Notes under the pieces: model-generated
What the model was told of the DNA's origin: nothing
The model's database searches: none
Seen by the model: only the letters and a program-made list of their open reading frames with translations
Shown: piece after piece, positions 58,601 to 64,000 of the stretch
Position numbering within the stretch: position 1 is the stretch's first letter
Layout: every line of letters starts with the position of its first letter
DNA from: Eledone cirrhosa
Taxonomy: Eukaryota
NCBI GenBank assembly: GCA_964016885.1
Contig: OZ024744.1
Coordinates: 28,954,001 to 29,018,000, forward strand
Reading direction: 5' to 3'
Length of the DNA stretch: 64,000 bases
Position numbers and translations under genes: made by a program

Positions 58601-61600
58601 AGGTGTCACAACAAAAAGCACCCAGTCCACACTGTAAAGTGGACATGTAGGTGCCAAAACAAAAAAGTACCCAGTCCACACTCTAAAGTAGTCGTGTAGA
58701 AATCACACCAAAAAACACCCAGTCCACACTGTAAAGTCGTCATGTAGGTGTCACAACAAAAAGCACCCAGTCCACACTATAAATGATCATGTAGAAATCA
58801 CAACAAAAAGTACCCAGTCCACACTGTAAAGTGGTCATTTAGGTGTCATAACAAAAGTACCCAAACCACACTGTAAGAAGGTCATGTAGGTGTCACAACA
58901 AAAAGCACCCTGTCACACTGTAAAGTAGTCATGTAGGTGTCACAACCAAAAGCACCCTGTCCACACTGTAAAATAGTCATGTAGGTGACATAAGAAAAAG
59001 CACCCAGTCCACACTGTAAAGTAGTCATGTAGGTGTCACAACAAAAGCACCCAGTCCACACTGCAAAGTGGTCATGTAGCTATCCCAACAAAAAGTACCC
59101 AGTCCACACTGTAAAGTGGTCATGTATGTGCCAAAACAAAAAAGTACCCAGTCCACACTGTAAAGTCGTCATGTAGGTGTCACAACAAAAAGCACCCAGT
59201 CCACACTGTAAAGTGGTCATGTAGATGACACAACAAAAGCACCCAGCCCACACTGTAAAGTGGTCATGTAGGTGTCACAACAAAAAGTACCCAGTCCACA
59301 CTGTAAAGTAGTCATGTAAGCGTCACAACAAAAAGCACCCAGTCCACACTATAAAGTGGTCATGTACGTTTCACAATAAAAAGTACCCAGTCCACACTGT
59401 AAACTAGTCATGTAGCTGTCACAACAAAAAGCACCCAGTCCACCCTGTAAAGTGGACATGTAGGTGCCAAAACAAAAAAGTACCCAGTCCACACTCTAAA
59501 GTAGTCGTGTAGAAATCACACCAAAAAACACCCAGTCCACACTGTAAAGTTGTCATGTAGGTGTTACAACAAAAAGCACCCAGTCCACACTGTAACGTGG
59601 TCATGTAGGTGTCACAACAAAATGCACCCAGTCCTTACTGTAAAGTGGTCATGTAGGCGTCACGACAAAAAGCACCCAGTCCACACTATAAAGTGGTCAC
59701 GTAGGTGTCACAACAAAAAGTACCCAGTCCAAACTGTAAAGTATTCATGTAGAGGTCACAACAACAAGCACCCAGTCCACACTATAAAGTAGTCATGAAG
59801 ATGTCACAACAAAAAGCACCCAGTCCACACTGTAAAGTAGTCATGTAGCTGTCACAACAAAAAGCACCCAGTCCACACTGAAAAGTAATCATGTAGGTGT
59901 CACAACAAAAATCACCCAGTCCACACTGTAAAGTAGTCATGTTGGTGTCACAACAAAAAGCAGCCAGTCCACACTGTAAATTGGTCATTTAGGTGTCATA
60001 ACAAAAAGTACCCAAACCACACTGTAAGGTGGTCATGTAGGTGTCACAACGAAAAGCACCCAGTCACACTGTAAAGTGGTCATGTAGGTTTCACGACAAA
60101 AAGGACCCAGTCCACACTGTAAAGTGGTCATGTATGTGTCACAACAAAAAGCACCCAGTCCACACTGTAAATGATCATGTAGAAATCACAACAAAAAGTA
60201 CCCAGTCCACACTGTAAAGTGGTCATTTAGGTTTCATAACAAAAGTACCCAAACCACACTGTAAGATGGTCATGTAGGTGTCACAACAAAAAGCACCCTG
60301 TCACACTGTAAAGTAGTCATGTAGGTGTCACAACCAAAAGCACACTGTCCACACTGTAAAATAGTCATGTAGGTGACACAAGAAAAAGCACCCAGTCCAC
60401 ACTGTAAAGTAGTCATGTAGGTGTCACAACAAAAGTACCCAGTCCACACTGCAAAGTGGTCATGTAGGTGTCACAACAAAAAGTACCCAGTCCACACTGT
60501 AAAGTAGTCATGTAGGCGTCACAACAAAAAGCACCCAGCCCACACTATAAAGTGGTCATGTAGGTGTCACAATAGAAAGTACCTTCCACACTGTAAAGTG
60601 GTCATGTAGGTGTCACAACAAAAAGCACTCATTCCACACTGTAAAGTGGTCATGTAGGTGTCTCAACAAAAAGTACCCAGTCCACACTGTAAAGTAGTCA
60701 TGTGGGTGTCTCAACAAAAAGTACCCAGTCCACACTGTAAAGTAGTCGTGTAGGTATGACAGCAAAAAACACCCAGTCCACACTGTAAAGTAGCCATGTA
60801 GGTGTCACAACAAAAGTCTCCCAGTTCACTCTGTAAAGTGGTCATTTAGGTGTCATATCAAAGAGGAACCCAGTCCAAACTGTAAAGTAGTCATGTAGAG
60901 GTCACAATAAAAAGCACCCAGTCCACACTATAAAGTAGTCATGAAGATGTCACAACAAAAAGCACCCAGTCCACACTGTAAAGTAGTCATGTAGCTGTCA
61001 CAACAAAAAGCACCCAGTCCACAGTGAAAAGTAATCATGTAGGTGTCACAACAAAAATCACCCAGTCCACACTGTAAAGTAGTCATATTGGTGTCACAAC
61101 AAAAAGCAACCAGTCCACACTGTAAGGTTGTCATGTAGGTGTCACAACAAAAAGCACCCAGTCCACACTGTAAAGTGGTCATGTAGGTGTCACAACAGAA
61201 AGTACCCAGTCCACACTGTAAAGTGGTAATGTAGGTGTCACAACAAAAAGCACCCAGTCCACACTGTAAATGATCATGTAGGAGACACAACAAAAAGTAC
61301 CCAGTCCACACTGTAAAGTGGTCATTTAGGTGTCATAACAAAAAGCACCCAGTCCAAACTGTAAAGTAGTCATGTAGATGTCACAACCAAAAGCACCCTG
61401 TCCACACTGTAAAATAGTCATGTAGGTGACACAAGAAAAAGCACCCAGTCCACACTGTAAAGTAGTCATGTAGGTGTCACAACAAAAGCACCCAGTCGAC
61501 ACTGCAAAGTGGTTATGTAGGTGTCACAACAAAAAGTACCCAGTCCACACTGTAAAGTAGTCATGTAAGCGTCACAACAAAAAGCACCCAGTCCACACTA

Positions 61601-64000
61601 TAAAGTTGTCATGTAGGTGTCACAATAAAAAGTACCCTCCACACTGTAAAGTGTTCATGTAGGTGTCACAACAAAAAGTACCCAGTCCACACTGTAAAGT
61701 AGTCATCTGGGTGTCTCAACAAAATGTACCCAGTCCACACTGTAAAGTAGTCGTGTAGGTATCACAGCAAAAAACACCCAGTCCACACTGTAAAGTAGCC
61801 ATGTAGGTGTCACAACAAAAATCACCCAGTCCACACAGTAAAGTGGTCATGTAGGTGCAAAAACAAAAGAGTACCCAGTCCACACTGTAAAGTCGTCATG
61901 TAGGTGTCACAACAAAAAGCACCCAGTCCACACTGTAACATGGTCATGTAGGTGTCACAACAAAAAGCACCCAGTCCACACTGTAAAGTGGTCATGTAGG
62001 TGTCACAACAAAAGCACCCAGCCCACACTGTAAAGTGGTCATGTAGGTGTCACAACAAAACGTACCCAGTCCACACTGTAAACTAGTCATGTAGGTGTCA
62101 CAACAAAAAGCACCCAGTCCACACTGTAAAGTGGACATGTAGGTGCCAAAACAAAAAAGTACCCAGTCCACACTCTAAAGTAGTCGTGTAGAAATCACAC
62201 CAAAAAACACCCAGTCCACACTGTAAAGTCGTCATGTAGGTGTCACAACAAAAAGCACCCAGTCCACACTATAAATGATCATGTAGAAATAACAACAAAA
62301 AGTACCCAGTCCACACTGTAAAGTGGTCATTTAGGTGTCATAACAAAAGTACCCAAACCACACTGTAAGATGGTCATGTAGGTGTCACAACAAAAAGCAC
62401 CCTGTCACACTGTAAAGTAGTCATGTAGGTGTCACAACCAAAAGCACCCTGTCCACACTGTAAAATAGTCATGTAGGTGACATAAGAAAAAGCACCCAGT
62501 CCACACTGTAAAGTAGTCATGTAGGTGTCACAACAAAAGCACCCAGTCCACACTGCAAAGTGGTCATGTAGCTATCCCAACAAAAAGTACCCAGTCCACA
62601 CTGTAAAGTGGTCATGTATGTGCCAAAACAAAAAAGTACCCAGTCCACACTGTAAAGTCGTCATGTAGGTGTCACAACAAAAAGCACCCAGTCCACACTG
62701 TAAAGTGGTCATGTAGGTGACACAACAAAAGCACCCAGCCCACACTGTAAAGTGGTCATGTAGGTGTCACAACAAAAAGTACCCAGTCCACACTGTAAAG
62801 TAGTCATGTAAGCGTCACAACAAAAAGCACCCAGTCCACACTATAAAGTGGTCATGTACGTTTCACAATAAAAAGTACCCAGTCCACACTGTAAACTAGT
62901 CATGTAGCTGTCACAACAAAAAGCACCCAGTCCACCCTGTAAAGTGGACATGTAGGTGCCAAAACAAAAAAGTACCCAGTCCACACTCTAAAGTAGTCGT
63001 GTAGAAATCACACCAAAAAACACCCAGTCCACACTGTAAAGTCGTCATGTAGGTGTTACAACAAAAAGCACCCAGTCCACACTGTAACGTGGTCATGTAG
63101 GTGTCACAACAAAATGCACCCAGTCCTTACTGTAAAGTGGTCATGTAGGCGTCACGACAAAAAGCACCCAGTCCACACTATAAAGTGGTCACGTAGGTGT
63201 CACAACAAAAAGTACCCAGTCCAAACTGTAAAGTATTCATGTAGAGGTCACAACAACAAGCACCCAGTCCACACTATAAAGTAGTCATGAAGATGTCACA
63301 ACAAAAAGCACCCAGTCCACACTGTAAAGTAGTCATGTAGCTGTCACAACAAAAAGCACCCAGTCCACACTGAAAAGTAATCATGTAGGTGTCACAACAA
63401 AAATCACCCAGTCCACACTGTAAAGTAGTCATATTGGTGTCACAACAAAAAGCAACCAGTCCACACTGTAAGGTTGTCATGTAGGTGTCACAACAAAAAG
63501 CACCCAGTCCACACTGTAAAGTGGTCATGTAGGTGTCACAACAGAAAGTACCCAGTCCACACTGTAAAGTGGTAATGTAGGTGTCACAACAAAAAGCACC
63601 CAGTCCACACTGTAAATGATCATGTAGGAGACACAACAAAAAGTACCCAGTCCACACTGTAAAGTGGTCATTTAGGTGTCATAACAAAAAGCACCCAGTC
63701 CAAACTGTAAAGTAGTCATGTAGATGTCACAACCAAAAGCACCCTGTCCACACTGTAAAATAGTCATGTAGGTGACACAAGAAAAAGCACCCAGTCCACA
63801 CTGTAAAGTAGTCATGTAGGTGTCACAACAAAAGCACCCAGTCGACACTGCAAAGTGGTTATGTAGGTGTCACAACAAAAAGTACCCAGTCCACACTGTA
63901 AAGTAGTCATGTAAGCGTCACAACAAAAAGCACCCAGTCCACACTATAAAGTTGTCATGTAGGTGTCACAATAAAAAGTACCCTCCACACTGTAAAGTGT
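40700..64000. repeat. Higher-order repeat domain with variable unit length (periods 4594-4596, 4021, 4114-4162, 3492, 2346 bp)
   Basis: Near-identical ORFs recur in series: 46642/51236/55257/59419/62911; 47005/51599/55620/59782/63274; 43603/48199/52793/56814/60928; 45633/54056/58170. Confidence 0.85.

Larger units (their letters stand above)
1..64000. repeat. 48-bp tandem satellite DNA array (about 1,330 head-to-tail monomers), extending beyond both window edges
   Basis: The unit CACAACAAAAAG(C/T)ACCCAGTCCACACTGTAAAGT(A/G)GTCATGTAGGTGT recurs about every 48 bp from base 1 to base 64000. Monomers typically differ from consensus by a few substitutions, and 46-, 47- and 49-bp indel variants occur. 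The ORF track shows the matching 16-aa periodicity (MTTLQCGLGTFCCDTY). Confidence 0.99.

Noticed and set aside
24834-59792. Plus-strand His/Cys ORFs (HNKKHPVHTVKWSCRC) suggesting a zinc finger
   Set aside because: The common A allele turns TGG into TAG in a large share of monomers. The 16-aa period does not fit the 28-aa C2H2 unit and there is no TGEKP linker.
280-63657. Many minus-strand Cys-rich ORFs with a 16-aa repeat (MTTLQCGLGTFCCDTY), superficially metallothionein- or keratin-associated-like
   Set aside because: A 48-bp monomer with one stop-free frame produces these automatically. Frameshifting 46/47/49-bp monomers and stop variants occur every few hundred bp, there is no unique N- or C-terminus, and I see no preference for synonymous changes.
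1-64000. CRISPR array
   Set aside because: There are no unique spacers, since the whole period is conserved, and no cas genes or leader.
1-64000. Human 48-bp centromeric repeat (CER/D22Z3) or another named satellite
   Set aside because: Only the length matches. The sequence does not match that family as I recall it, and I cannot assign a name without a Dfam or Repbase search.
1-64000. Functional antigen-receptor locus (V/D/J segments with RSSs)
   Set aside because: Only about 8 bp separates one nonamer from the next heptamer, there are no V or J coding segments, and I found no 12-bp-spacer or opposite-strand signal. Only the motif resemblance is reported.
1-64000. Embedded transposon, inversion or unique island
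   Set aside because: None was seen on reading through. All ORFs belong to the same repeat frames and strands, which indicates constant orientation.
1-64000. Nucleosome phasing or centromere function (3x48=144, 4x48=192; A-tracts)
   Set aside because: This is numerical coincidence without chromatin data. 48 bp is not an integral number of helical turns, and I saw no consistent trimer or tetramer periodicity or CENP-B box.

Overview
The whole 64 kb window is one uninterrupted, head-to-tail tandem array of a 48-bp satellite (about 1,330 monomers), all in one orientation. The consensus is CACAACAAAAAGYACCCAGTCCACACTGTAAAGTRGTCATGTAGGTGT (about 44% GC, no CpG). I saw no unique sequence, gene, RNA gene, transposon insertion or inversion. 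Every listed ORF is a by-product of a monomer length divisible by 3 with one stop-free frame. Variant monomers act as barcodes and reveal: (i) an old ordered cassette of roughly 10-12 variant monomers that recurs about 30 times; (ii) young, near-identical nested tandem duplications on the left (1871, 3023, 524, 4361 and 2545 bp); (iii) a more diverged, mosaic middle; (iv) a variable-length 2.3-4.6 kb higher-order repeat on the right. The most unexpected feature is that each monomer resembles a RAG/Transib-type recombination signal: CACACTG, a 24-bp spacer, then ACAAAAAGY. Some variants have a perfect CACAGTG heptamer and others an exact 23-bp spacer. This is a motif resemblance only, with no evidence of function. 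The source is probably eukaryotic heterochromatin, but I cannot identify the organism or satellite family. Coordinates were read by eye or taken from ORF-track offsets, so boundaries are approximate.
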